Shown here: positions 28,982 to 39,904 of the stretch, piece by piece | Position numbering within the stretch: position 1 is the first letter of the stretch | Layout of the letters: every line of letters starts with the position of its first letter | Source: Planctomycetota bacterium | GTDB taxonomy: Bacteria > Planctomycetota > UBA1135 | NCBI GenBank assembly: GCA_040264055.1 | Contig: JBDQJC010000001.1 | Location: 11,845-75,844 of the forward strand | Reading direction: 5' to 3' | DNA length: 64,000 nucleotides | Notes under the pieces: generated by a model | Seen by the model: only the letters and a program-made list of their open reading frames with translations | What the model was told of the DNA's origin: nothing | Databases searched by the model: none | Made by a program: the position numbers and the translations under genes

Positions 28982-29782
28982 CTAAAAGACCCAACCCGCT
29001 TCTATCACGATGCCTTCGCCAGGAACGATCTGCGTTCCGCTGACATCTTGATCGAGTGGCAATCGCCACGCGACGCGCGCCGAAGCGCCGCCACCAAGCG
29101 GAAACTGCAAGCTCGGCACAAAGGTCCACAGCATGCCCCCGGTTCCATCCAAGTACGAGCCGTTCAAGCGGTCTTGTTCACGGCGGAGCGCCTCGATTTG
29201 TACGCCCGGCGTGAGCGGACTATCGAGATTCCAGATCGCACCCACGCGCGCACTGAAGGACTGGCCCACCTGCAAGCCGGCATCGCTGTCATCAAAGGGC
29301 AACACTGCAACCAGATCAAAGTATGGATCCATGCCGACGCCGTCGCCTTGATCCCAAATCACGCCGACGATTGGGTCGAGGGTGCCGGTACCCAATTGCA
29401 GGAGAGAAGGAGGCACCACACCAGGTGACGGGCTCTCGGCTTCATCGCCGGTTGGAAGGCTGAGGCCGACCAACCAACGCAAGTCGGCGCCGCCATATTC
29501 GCCGTAGACCGTGACATCGCCCAAGCCTTGCAAGTCGGTGCGCGAGCCGGTTGAAATGGTGCGCTTGTGAATCTCGACGCGGGGGATCAAAACGCTCAAG
29601 GTCCAGTCATCGCTTACCGGACCGCGCAGGATCAGATTCATCTGCTCAAACTCGGTGCGCGTGTCCGACTTGCCGGGTAAACGCACGCTGCCTTTGTTGA
29701 CGCCATCACTCTTCTGCTTCAGCCACGAGGCACTGATGCTCCAGTTCTGGTTGTCATTCACGAGTCCCCTGCCGACCGGCAA
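28982..29782 (-). CDS. Outer-membrane beta-barrel 'transporter' (MetA/phenol-degradation-pathway-like), apparently severed from its signal peptide
   Basis: 266 aa from TTG 29782. GLGDVTVYGEY, alternating strands, C-terminal ...EAGWVF (terminal Phe). A 21-codon signal peptide (ATG 29869, MLKLILAPLALALLSAPLAAQ) lies upstream in the same frame but is separated by two in-frame TGA codons. Confidence 0.55.
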   Translation of the reverse strand: MPVGRGLVNDNQNWSISASWLKQKSDGVNKGSVRLPGKSDTRTEFEQMNLILRGPVSDDWTLSVLIPRVEIHKRTISTGSRTDLQGLGDVTVYGEYGGADLRWLVGLSLPTGDEAESPSPGVVPPSLLQLGTGTLDPIVGVIWDQGDGVGMDPYFDLVAVLPFDDSDAGLQVGQSFSARVGAIWNLDSPLTPGVQIEALRREQDRLNGSYLDGTGGMLWTFVPSLQFPLGGGASARVAWRLPLDQDVSGTQIVPGEGIVIEAGWVF

Positions 29783-29970
29783 GGAAGGATTCTTTCAGCC
29801 AGCTCATTGAGCGGCGAGCGGGGCGCTCAACAAGGCGAGCGCGAGCGGGGCGAGAATCAGCTTCAACATAGCCAGAGCATATCCCTGCCGTGCATTTCGT
29901 GAAGCGGTGGACCATGTAGGGTAGAAGAGGCGAAGCTGCTCCATTCGCGCGGAACGCGCAGGCTCGTATC

Positions 29971-31569
29971 TTGCCTCAACGCCTCACCCTCGTCTTCACA
30001 GCGCTTGCGATCTTGGCGATCGCTTTGCTGTGGATGGACTTTGGTTCCGATGACCACGGCCCGGCCCTTGATGCAAGTGGCACGCAAGCCGAGTCGGAAC
30101 GCGCGATGGCCGAAGTCAAGCTTCCGGTCGTTGAGCAAGAGGCATCAGCGGCGAGCGCGCAACGCGAGGCCGACTTCTCGCGCATGGAAGTGCGCGGCGA
30201 ACTAGAGGACGGCACCATCATTCGTGGCATGAATGTGATGACGAGCGGGGTGGATCGAAGTTGGGATCTTGCGGTGTCCGAGGACGACGGGGCTACCTAC
30301 ATTTATGGGCAAGAAGACGAGGTGGTCCAGGTGCATCTGCTCTACTTCTCGGAAGAGCTCGGACATCTGCTCGAAGCTCGCGGAGAAGTCGTCTTGCTCA
30401 ACGACACGGTTGCGGTGCTACCGCTTTTGGAACCGTACGCGCGGTTGACGGGTCTGGTCGTGCGTGATGGCTTGCCAGTTCCGCACGCGCAAATCAAACT
30501 GGCCGGGCAAGGTTGGCAGCGCTCGATTGAAGTCGACGAAAACGGTCGATTCAAAGTCGAGACAGCTCGGGCGATTCGCGGCGAGCTTCAGTTTGGAAGT
30601 CGAGCGGTACCCGACGCGAGCTTGACGGTCGCAGTCGATGTCGGCCATACACACGATCTTGTCTTCGAGATTCCTGGGGGGCAACTTGAGATTCAAGCCA
30701 TTCCGGCAGATGGCTCGGAGTTCCGTGGCGCGGTCATGGTCGCGCTGTATCGAGCCGGCGCCGATCAAGAACAAGAGCGCCTGTCGCCGCGCGCCGAGAT
30801 GTCCGACGAGCGCGGATTCGCGCGCTTCCAGGGACTGCCTCCCGGCGAGTACTGGGCAGAGATCTCGCGCTTCACGAACTCAAGAAGCGCGCCGTCAGTT
30901 GCTCGGGTGCATTATCAAGGAGGCTTCATCACCGAACGAGTGCAGTTGCAAGTGGCAGCGAAGCTCAAGGTGCAAGTTTTGCCACCGGCGGGAATGGAAT
31001 CGCTCGGGACGCGCGCGACGGTTCCGCTTTGGGAAGTCAGCCGCGATGGAGTCGCCGTCGAAGAGTGGGACGATGCTTTGCAGGTGATGCTCAAGAGTGA
31101 AAAACATCCCTGGACCACAGTCGAATTTCAACCAGGCGAGATGCAGATCCGTGTCGGCGACTCACAAATCGGTTTTGCCGATTCCAGCGTCACACTTTGG
31201 CCCGGGCTCGAAACCGAGTTGATTGTGCAGCTCAAGAAGCCGGCTGTGAGTTTTGATGTCAACATCTCGAACCTCGACGCGTTGCTCTTTCAGCGCATCC
31301 AAGTCGTCGATGATCAGGGCCGTTGGGTGGGCAAGCTCGATGCTCAGTCCTTGCTGGAACGGCAGGTTTTCCACGATGCGTCGGGCCGGGGCTCCGTGAG
31401 TTTTCGGTCCAACGGCAGCTCGCAGAGCAAGCAAGCCGTGATTCCCTTTGGCGTACCGTCGGCCGGCCACTATCGCTTCTTCGGAGTTGCCGGGAATGAC
31501 GTGATTCTGCTGGGCGAGCACCGCATCACGCGCGACACAAGAAAACTGACTCTCACGATCCCGGATTAG
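29971..31569 (+). CDS. Membrane-anchored protein with carboxypeptidase-regulatory-like (Ig-like) repeats
   Basis: N-terminal anchor LTLVFTALAILAIALLW. Repeats of the type LTGLVVRDGLPVPHAQIKL...VDENGRFKVE and GAVMVALYR...DERGFARFQGLPPGEYWAEI. Confidence 0.65.
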   Translation: MPQRLTLVFTALAILAIALLWMDFGSDDHGPALDASGTQAESERAMAEVKLPVVEQEASAASAQREADFSRMEVRGELEDGTIIRGMNVMTSGVDRSWDLAVSEDDGATYIYGQEDEVVQVHLLYFSEELGHLLEARGEVVLLNDTVAVLPLLEPYARLTGLVVRDGLPVPHAQIKLAGQGWQRSIEVDENGRFKVETARAIRGELQFGSRAVPDASLTVAVDVGHTHDLVFEIPGGQLEIQAIPADGSEFRGAVMVALYRAGADQEQERLSPRAEMSDERGFARFQGLPPGEYWAEISRFTNSRSAPSVARVHYQGGFITERVQLQVAAKLKVQVLPPAGMESLGTRATVPLWEVSRDGVAVEEWDDALQVMLKSEKHPWTTVEFQPGEMQIRVGDSQIGFADSSVTLWPGLETELIVQLKKPAVSFDVNISNLDALLFQRIQVVDDQGRWVGKLDAQSLLERQVFHDASGRGSVSFRSNGSSQSKQAVIPFGVPSAGHYRFFGVAGNDVILLGEHRITRDTRKLTLTIPD

Positions 31570-31584
31570 CGAGCTGACACACGC

Positions 31585-31992
31585 ATGGCCGATTCCCTGT
31601 TTCGTTTCCCCGGGGCAAAGACGCGGGACTCCGAGGTCAGTGATTGGTTTAAGGCTCCGTCAGCCGAGCTCGCCGACCTCGCACGCACCTACTTTGAAAA
31701 GCTGCGCCAGTGTGGGAGCGATGTACGAGAGCTCTTGCATGACGGGCACCCCACAGCCTGCTTGGAAGATGCGGCGTTCGCGTACGTGAACGCGTTCACA
31801 TCTCATGTCAACCTCGGCTTCTTTCGAGGCGCGGAGTTGCCCGATCCCGGTGGACTCTTGCAAGGCACGGGTAGGTTCATGCGGCACCTCAAGCTCAAAC
31901 CGGGAGTGGCGGTCGACGCAGCAGCGGTTCAGCAATTGATCGACGCCGCATACCAAGATATGCGGCGCCGCATCCAAGAGCCCTCGGGCTAA
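31585..31992 (+). CDS. DUF1801 (YdhG-like) domain protein
   Basis: 135 aa. The pattern ...AFAYVNAFTSHVNLGFFRGAELPDPGGLLQGTGRFMRHLKL is typical of DUF1801. Confidence 0.65.
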   Translation: MADSLFRFPGAKTRDSEVSDWFKAPSAELADLARTYFEKLRQCGSDVRELLHDGHPTACLEDAAFAYVNAFTSHVNLGFFRGAELPDPGGLLQGTGRFMRHLKLKPGVAVDAAAVQQLIDAAYQDMRRRIQEPSG

Positions 31993-34037
31993 GCCTTCGC
32001 CGTTGCCTGGAAGCTGGGACGGCGGCCTTCGATCAAGGCCGACAATCCTTCGAGCGCATCCGGGTGAGCAAAGACCTCTTTGAGGTCACGCAGTTCAAGG
32101 TCAAGTGCATCATTCAACTCAAGGTGATGACCTTCGTTGAACAAACGCTCGGCTTGCTTCAATGCGTTGTAACTCTTCTGGCTCATCTTCTTGACCGCCT
32201 TGTCGAGTTGCGCATTGCCGCCGGTGCTGGCTTCGCCACTCAAGATCTGATCGACCGAGTAGGACGCGAAGAAGTCCCAGATCGGCTGCCAAGCTTCTGC
32301 CGGGCAACGCTCGCGGCCGGTGCGTGCGGGTGCGGCGCCTTTGCCGGCAAACTCTTCGCAAGCAGCATCGAGTTCACTAAACGGAACGACCGCATCGACC
32401 AAGCCGATTTCCGCGGCTTGCTTGGCGCCGAGAATCTGGCCGGTGAAGACCAGGTACTTTGCCAAGGGCAAACCGATCCGGCGCGGCAAGCGTTGCGTGC
32501 CGCCCAGGCCCGGGTAAATGCCAATCCCGGTCTCGGGGAAGCCGAAGCTCGCCTTGGGCGAAGCCACGATCCAATCGCAAGCCAATGCGGTTTCCGATCC
32601 ACCGCCCAGTGCCAAACCTTGAGCGCGCGCGACGACGGCTTGCTTGCCACCGCTCATGCCGCGCAACATCTTCTGGCCATCGGCCGTAAAGGTGTAGATC
32701 TCGGGGAAGGTGTTGGCGCGCAAGTGGTCGACGAAGAATTTGATGTCGGCGCCGGCAATGAACGCTTTGCCGCTGCCACCGAGCACGATGCCCTTGTCGC
32801 CCGCGCGAGCCGCGTCGAGTGCCGCTTGCAGCTGCGCGCCGACCTCCGGGTTGAGCGCGTTCATCGCATCGGGGCGGTTGATCCAGATCGAAGTCAAGCC
32901 ACCGCGTTCGCCCTGCACGACGAGTCGAATCGGGATGCCTTCTGGGCCGGCGTCCGCCAACAACTTCGGCATCGGCAGATCCCATTTGCTGGTGATCGTG
33001 CCCGCCATCGCGCGCGCCTTGTCGGCACCGACGATGTTGATCAGTTGGAAGGGGCCTTTCGACCAACGCAATCCGACGCGGGCGCCGATATCGCTGTCTT
33101 CCACCGAGGACACACCTTCGTCAACCAACTGCGCGGCAACGTAAAAAGTCACGCCAAGCAGACGCTCGGCGATTGCGTCGTACTTCGATTCGTCGGCATC
33201 ACCGGAGAGGTTCCAGTTTGCTTTGACATTCGCGACTTGGTCGACCAGCTTGGCGGCGGGCGCGTAGAACGCGTGCAGCTCTTCGCCGAGCGTATTCGCC
33301 GCGTGCATTGCGATTGGAACGCCAGTGACGTTCATCAACTCGAACGGACCCATGCCAATCCGGAAAGCTTTCTTGGCCGCCCAATCGATGGTCGCGATAT
33401 CGGCCACACCTTCTTCCAACAAACGCACGGCCTCATTCAACCAAGGAACGAAGTAGCGGTTGACGACAAAGCCGGGCGCGTCGGCCGAATCGATCGGCGT
33501 CTTGCCAATCGCTTCTTGCGCGGCCCAAGCCGCGTCATAGGCAGCGCGATCCGTCGATTCATGTCCGATCACTTCGACCAAGCGGTTCATCGCCGGGTGG
33601 TAGAAGTAGTGCAGGCCAACCACGCGCTCCGGGTGCGGCGTGACGGCTGCGACATCCTTCACAAAGAAAGAGGACGTATTGGTGCCCAAGATGCAGGTCG
33701 GCTTGGTGACCTCGCCTAAGCGTTGAAAGACCTGCTGCTTGACGCCGAGATCCTCGAACACGGCTTCGATTACCAGATCGACCTCGCCAAGCTCGGACCA
33801 ATCCGAAGTGCCGCGCACATTGGCCAGGATCTGCTCGACCTTCTCGGGGCGGAAGATCCCGCGCTCGACCCCTTTGGCCAAGGTGTCCTGGATGATGCCC
33901 ATGCCGCGGGCGACCTTCTCGTCATCGAGATCGACCAGCACGACCGGCAGGCCTTCGGTGGCGATTTTTTGGGCGATTCCGGATCCCATGTTTCCGGCGC
34001 CGATCACGGCGTACTTCTGGACTTCGTATTGGCTCAT
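31989..34037 (-). CDS. Fused 3-hydroxyacyl-CoA dehydrogenase (N-terminal) / enoyl-CoA hydratase (C-terminal)
   Basis: N-terminal Rossmann YAVIGAGNMGSGIAQ with the 3HCDH core. The C-terminal crotonase fold has GKAFIAGADIKFF and FGFPETGIGIYPGLGGTQRLPR. Confidence 0.9.
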   Translation of the reverse strand: MSQYEVQKYAVIGAGNMGSGIAQKIATEGLPVVLVDLDDEKVARGMGIIQDTLAKGVERGIFRPEKVEQILANVRGTSDWSELGEVDLVIEAVFEDLGVKQQVFQRLGEVTKPTCILGTNTSSFFVKDVAAVTPHPERVVGLHYFYHPAMNRLVEVIGHESTDRAAYDAAWAAQEAIGKTPIDSADAPGFVVNRYFVPWLNEAVRLLEEGVADIATIDWAAKKAFRIGMGPFELMNVTGVPIAMHAANTLGEELHAFYAPAAKLVDQVANVKANWNLSGDADESKYDAIAERLLGVTFYVAAQLVDEGVSSVEDSDIGARVGLRWSKGPFQLINIVGADKARAMAGTITSKWDLPMPKLLADAGPEGIPIRLVVQGERGGLTSIWINRPDAMNALNPEVGAQLQAALDAARAGDKGIVLGGSGKAFIAGADIKFFVDHLRANTFPEIYTFTADGQKMLRGMSGGKQAVVARAQGLALGGGSETALACDWIVASPKASFGFPETGIGIYPGLGGTQRLPRRIGLPLAKYLVFTGQILGAKQAAEIGLVDAVVPFSELDAACEEFAGKGAAPARTGRERCPAEAWQPIWDFFASYSVDQILSGEASTGGNAQLDKAVKKMSQKSYNALKQAERLFNEGHHLELNDALDLELRDLKEVFAHPDALEGLSALIEGRRPSFQATAKA

Positions 34038-34130
34038 AGCAATTCAGTGGGGTCCGTATAGAACCCGCGCGGGGCGTATTCTATCGGAGGGTACAAGCTT
34101 GTCGGGCAGCTCCATGCGCCTGCGATTGCC

Positions 34131-34798
34131 ATGATTCAGCTAGAAAACGTCGTCAAGAGCTTCCAAGGCGAGGCCGGGGAGACCCCGGTGCTTCGGATCC
34201 CCGCGTTTTCGGTCGCGGCGGGCGAGCGGCTTGCTTTGGTCGGGACATCGGGCTCGGGAAAAACCACGCTGCTCAACCTGCTATCGGGCCTGGTGCGTGC
34301 GAATGCCGGCCGCGTGCGGGTGGATGGCCGTGATCTCAGCCAACTCAGCGAACGGGAACGCGATCGGTTTCGCGCCGCCTCGGTGGGCTATATGTTCCAG
34401 AGCTTTCATTTGCTCGATGGCTTCAGCGCGGTCGAAAACGTTGAGCTGGGCGAGAGCTTTGCCGGTCGCAAGGTGCACCGAGGCGAGGCGCAGGCCCTGC
34501 TAGCGAGCCTAGAGCTTGGCCACAGGCTTGATTACAAGCCAAGTGAGTTGTCCATTGGTCAGCAAGCGCGCGTGGCTCTTGCTCGGGCGCTGGCGGGCCG
34601 ACCCAAATTGATCTTGGCCGACGAGCCGACCGGGGCGCTCGATGGTGAAACGGCCGACACCATCCTGGAGTTGCTCCTGACGCGGGCGAAGAAAGAGGGT
34701 GCGACGCTGGTTGTGGCGACCCACGACCCGGGAATCGCGGCCCGCTTTGATCACACCGTCAACCTGGCCGACATCAACGAAGCGCTGGAGCCAAGCCG

Positions 34799-34802
<4 letters not shown>
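34131..34802 (+). CDS. ABC transporter ATP-binding protein (MacB/LolD-type)
   Basis: Walker A GTSGSGKTTLLN, signature LSIGQQARVALARAL, Walker B LILADEPTGALD. Confidence 0.92.
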
Positions 34803-36168
<1,366 letters not shown>

Positions 36169-36169
<1 letters not shown>

Positions 36170-36975
36170 TGCTCGACACTCACAAGATGTTTCGCCTCAG
36201 CACGATTCTGTTCCTGCTTCCGCTGCTCACGGTCGCATGTGGCAAGGACGAAACTGTCGAAGGTGGTGGCAGCGCTTCGAATCTGGAAGGCAGCGCTGGC
36301 CCATCGGAGGGCAGCGGTCTGGAAGACGGGCAGGGCACAGGCCTCGAGGGTGCTGGCAACGCGCAGAATGGCAACGACGAAACGGCTGCTCCCGACGCCG
36401 CGACCCAAGCCCGCATCGATGCTGCCAACGCCATCGAAATCTCGACCAAGGACTTGATGTCGGCCATCGAGCCCGAGGCTTATGTCGCCGAGATTCGCGC
36501 GGCGCTCGCCCACGCTGGAACGCGCGAGGACCCCATCCCGGTCACGACCGACTTCCTGGGCGGCTGGTCCTTTGACGAAACGCAATCCAATCCCTTCCCG
36601 CCTCACGTCCAGGCCATCGATGGCAAGTATGTGATCGTCAAAGGCTTCATGTTGCCGGATGTCGACTTTGAAGGGATCACGAAGTTCCACCTCGTGCGCA
36701 GCTTGTGGGGCTGCTGCTTTGGCGCTCCGCCACGGGTGAACGAGTTGATTCGTATTCACACGCCGGGTGGCGAGGGCTTGCGCTACACCTACAACACGCT
36801 CGAGATTGTGGGCAAGCTCGAGGTCAAGTTTGAGCTGCTCGATGGCCTGATCGAAGACCTGTACCGGCTGAGTGCCGAGTCGATCGTCGAAGGCGATTTT
36901 GACGACCCACTCGCTCCCGAAGGGGCAACTGCCGCGGACCTCGGCGACTTCTTGCCCGACGAGATGGAGTTTTAG
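36169..36975 (+). CDS. DUF3299 domain lipoprotein
   Basis: ATG 36169 overlaps the permease stop (TAATG). Lipobox LLPLLTVACGK and a low-complexity Gly/Glu/Ala linker. DUF3299 core: VIVKGFMLPDVDFEGITKFHLVRSLWGCCFGAPPRVNELI. Confidence 0.8.
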
Positions 36976-37083
36976 GCCGGCCGAGTGAAGAGGGATGCGA
37001 TCAAGCTCGAGCCTTGATCCGCTCTGACGAGATTGAATTCTGCGGCTATTCTGGGGGATCCCCCTGAGCCGACAGGTTCACCC

Positions 37084-39315
37084 ATGCTTCTCACTCTTCT
37101 GCTTTCCGCTCTTGCGGCGCCCGCGGCACAAGCCGACGGCGTCATTCTTCAAGCCAAGGTCGATCCAGGCGTCAACTGCAATGACATTTGGGGCTACGTC
37201 GCTCCGAATGGCGATGAGTACGCGCTGGTAGGCACGACCGCGGGCTTGGTTGTCTACAACTGCGTGGACCCGCAGGCTCCGTACCAGACCGCGTTCATTC
37301 CCGGTCCGCCCTCGTTGTGGCGCGATGTGAAAGCCTATGGCAACTACGCCTACGTGGTGACCGAAGGCGGTGGGGGCATTCAGATCGTTGACTTGAACGA
37401 TCCCGAGAATCCGAGCCTGGTCAAAACTTGGAAGCAGAACGACTTCACGAACGCGCACAACATTGCCGTCGATGAAGGCACGGGCATCTTGTATGTGAGC
37501 GGCACCAATCGAGGTACGCGCATGTACGACGCTGCGGCAAGCGCAGAATCGCCGCCGTACGTTGCGAGTTACAACAGCGAGTATGTGCACGATTTGCACA
37601 TCCAAGATGGTTGGGCGCACTTGGCCGAAATCTACGATGGCCGCTACCGCATTCTCGATGTGAGCAATCTGTCGAATCTGCAAACGCGCGACCGTCAGCA
37701 GACTCCGGGGCGCTTTACCCACAGTGCTTGGGCGAATGAAACCAACACTCTGTGCATGACCACCGACGAGGTCGGTGGGGGACGGGTAGCGTTGTACGAC
37801 ATCAGTCAGAAGACCAACATTCGCTACCGCGATGACTGGACTCCGGATGTGAATACGATCCCGCACAACGCCTTCATTTTGGGCGACTACGCTTACGTCA
37901 GCTGGTACACCGAGGGCTTGATCGTGCTCGATATCAGTGATCCGTACAACATCAAGAAGCACGCGAGCTATGACACTTCGGCTTACACCGCCGGCGCGGG
38001 CTACCACGGTGCGTGGGGCGTTTATCCCTTCCAACCTTCCGGAAACATTTACATCTCGGATATGGAAGAGGGCTTCTACATCTTGAAGGTAGAGGGCCCG
38101 GCGATTGAATTGGATCACACCGAGTTGACCAACACCCAAGACGAGGTCGGCCCCTACGATGTGTCGGTCGAGGCGCAGCCGTTGTTTGCGAACTCGGACG
38201 TGACCGGAATCGACTTGTGGTACCGCGTCGATCGCGGCTCCTGGCAGCAGGTCGCGCTGAATGAAGTCGGCAACACCGATGAATGGGTTGGTTCGATCCC
38301 TGGTCAGCCTTCAGCCTCGATCGTGGAGTACTACTTCAACGCTTCGGAATCGGGTGGCCGGACCGCTTGGCTTCCGAATGGCACCTCGGCGGGATCACTG
38401 ATGTACAGCTTCTATGTCGGCACGCCGATGCGCGTGTACTTCAACGATTTTGAGGGCACGGGCGACGAAGGTTGGACGCACGGCTCCACCTCGGGTGGCG
38501 ATGACTTCCAGCGCGGCGTGCCGCAGGGCAAGTCGGGCAATGCAAGCCGCCACGAGGACACGCGTTGGTACGACCCAGATGTGGCCTACTCGGGCAGCAA
38601 GATCTGGGGCAACGACCTCGGCAATGGCGGCGACGGCGCCTACCTCGAGAACGCCTCGATGTGGCTGCAGTCACCACCGATGGATTGTTCCAGCGCGAAT
38701 AACACGACTTTGATCTTCCGTCGCTGGGCCTCCTTTGAAGGCGGCGGCAACGACCAGGCCAAGATTTGGGTCAACGGCAACCAGGTTTGGGTGTCTCCGC
38801 AGTACAGCGGCGAGATCTTCCACATCACGGACCGCATTTGGACCCAGGTCGTGATCGATATTTCGGATTACGCGGATGGCGTTGCCAACACGGTGGTGCG
38901 CTTCGAGCTCGAGAGTGATGCTGCCTTCCACATGGGTGGTTGGGGCATCGACGATTTCGAAGTGGTTGCGCTTGATGCCGGTGAGCCGACCGACACGATT
39001 GATTTGACTGGTCCGACCAGCGCATCGGTGGGGCAAAACGTTTCGTACCAGATCAGCAATGCTCCGGCGAATCGTCCTTACTTCTTCGCCTGGAGTCTCA
39101 ACCTGAATGGTGCCGTGGTTCTGGGTCATGATCTGGATCTGGGTGCGCCGTACACGGTTGCGGCTTCGGGACAGACGAATGGTTCAGGTGCGGCAACGGT
39201 GAATGCGACGATTCCATCGGGAGCTTCGGGACGTACGATCTACTTGGAAGTTGTTGGTGTCACGCCTAGTGGTGAATTGCGTGATTCGGCTCCGCTGACT
39301 TTGGTCGTGCAGTAG
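37084..39315 (+). CDS. Secreted LVIVD-repeat / choice-of-anchor-B-like beta-propeller protein with shared C-terminal module
   Basis: Signal peptide MLLTLLLSALAAPAAQA. DIWGYVAPNGDEYALVG, GIQIVDLNDPENP, GLIVLDISDPYN (LVIVD-type repeats). The C-terminal ~105 aa align closely with the tail of the S8 protease. Confidence 0.85.
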   Translation: MLLTLLLSALAAPAAQADGVILQAKVDPGVNCNDIWGYVAPNGDEYALVGTTAGLVVYNCVDPQAPYQTAFIPGPPSLWRDVKAYGNYAYVVTEGGGGIQIVDLNDPENPSLVKTWKQNDFTNAHNIAVDEGTGILYVSGTNRGTRMYDAAASAESPPYVASYNSEYVHDLHIQDGWAHLAEIYDGRYRILDVSNLSNLQTRDRQQTPGRFTHSAWANETNTLCMTTDEVGGGRVALYDISQKTNIRYRDDWTPDVNTIPHNAFILGDYAYVSWYTEGLIVLDISDPYNIKKHASYDTSAYTAGAGYHGAWGVYPFQPSGNIYISDMEEGFYILKVEGPAIELDHTELTNTQDEVGPYDVSVEAQPLFANSDVTGIDLWYRVDRGSWQQVALNEVGNTDEWVGSIPGQPSASIVEYYFNASESGGRTAWLPNGTSAGSLMYSFYVGTPMRVYFNDFEGTGDEGWTHGSTSGGDDFQRGVPQGKSGNASRHEDTRWYDPDVAYSGSKIWGNDLGNGGDGAYLENASMWLQSPPMDCSSANNTTLIFRRWASFEGGGNDQAKIWVNGNQVWVSPQYSGEIFHITDRIWTQVVIDISDYADGVANTVVRFELESDAAFHMGGWGIDDFEVVALDAGEPTDTIDLTGPTSASVGQNVSYQISNAPANRPYFFAWSLNLNGAVVLGHDLDLGAPYTVAASGQTNGSGAATVNATIPSGASGRTIYLEVVGVTPSGELRDSAPLTLVVQ

Positions 39316-39363
39316 TTGGCGCAGTTTTTGGGATTGAGCTGGTCATGCGGCTTGGTTCACGGT

Positions 39364-39395
39364 CGACCCCCGCTTTTTGCGGGGGTCGTTTTCTT
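39364..39395 (+). terminator. Rho-independent terminator of the LVIVD gene
   Basis: Perfect 10-bp GC-rich stem cgacccccgc / gcgggggtcg with loop ttttt, followed by ttttctt. Confidence 0.9.
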
Positions 39396-39402
39396 GATGG
39401 GG

Positions 39403-39485
39403 TGTCCGGATCGGATGCGCGACGTTCGCTTAACTGCCGCAAAGCCGGCAGATGCGCTCACTTTGCGCGCATCCGATCCGGACAC
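39403..39485 (+). repeat. Hairpin repeat element, copy A (83 nt)
   Basis: 20-bp perfect outer stem gtgtccggatcggatgcgcg ... cgcgcatccgatccggacac. Inner hairpin ctgccg-caaagc-cggcag. The internal-loop sequences are identical to copy B. Confidence 0.9.
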
Positions 39486-39795
39486 GCGATCATGCAATCG
39501 GGTTCCTGCAAACGGAGTGGTGTGGCGCGTCTGCCGTCATGTTTGCTTCGCAGAACGCGCGGCCCAGTCGTACCAACCTTTTCAGCACGCAGTTGCCCCA
39601 TCTTCCATTCCGATCGCATGCGAGGTCGCAAAGACTTCTTCCATGCAACGGTTGATAGGCACAGTCAATCGGATAGGCGCAATCCAAGTCGAGACGCCAC
39701 GATGCGCCGGTCCCACGACTTCCGAATCGCACCACCAAGCAATCATGCGCTCGATCGACTCGCATCAACCGTAGCGTGGATGTGAAGTGGGTCCT

Positions 39796-39881
39796 GTGTC
39801 CGCATCCGAAGCGCGCAAAGTGAGCGCATCTGCCGGCGAAGCCGGCAGCCTAAGCGAACGTCGCGCTTCGGATGCGGACAC
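39796..39881 (-). repeat. Hairpin repeat element, copy B (86 nt, inverted relative to copy A)
   Basis: The reverse complement reads gtgtccgcatccgaagcgcg acgttcgcttagg ctgccggc ttcg gccggcag atgcgctcacttt gcgcgcttcggatgcggacac. Its three outer-stem differences from copy A are each compensated on the opposite arm. Confidence 0.9.
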
Positions 39882-39904
39882 CCAAACCCAATCAACAACA
39901 ACCC

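Noticed and set aside
29795-29806. Possibility that the two in-frame TGA codons are recoded (selenocysteine, or a TGA=Trp/Gly genetic code).
   Set aside because: Many well-supported genes in the window terminate with TGA (prfB, the FGE-fold gene, ZIP, HIT, pstA and others), and an RF2 gene is present. Two TGAs three codons apart with no obvious SECIS-like context fit gene decay or sequence error better.
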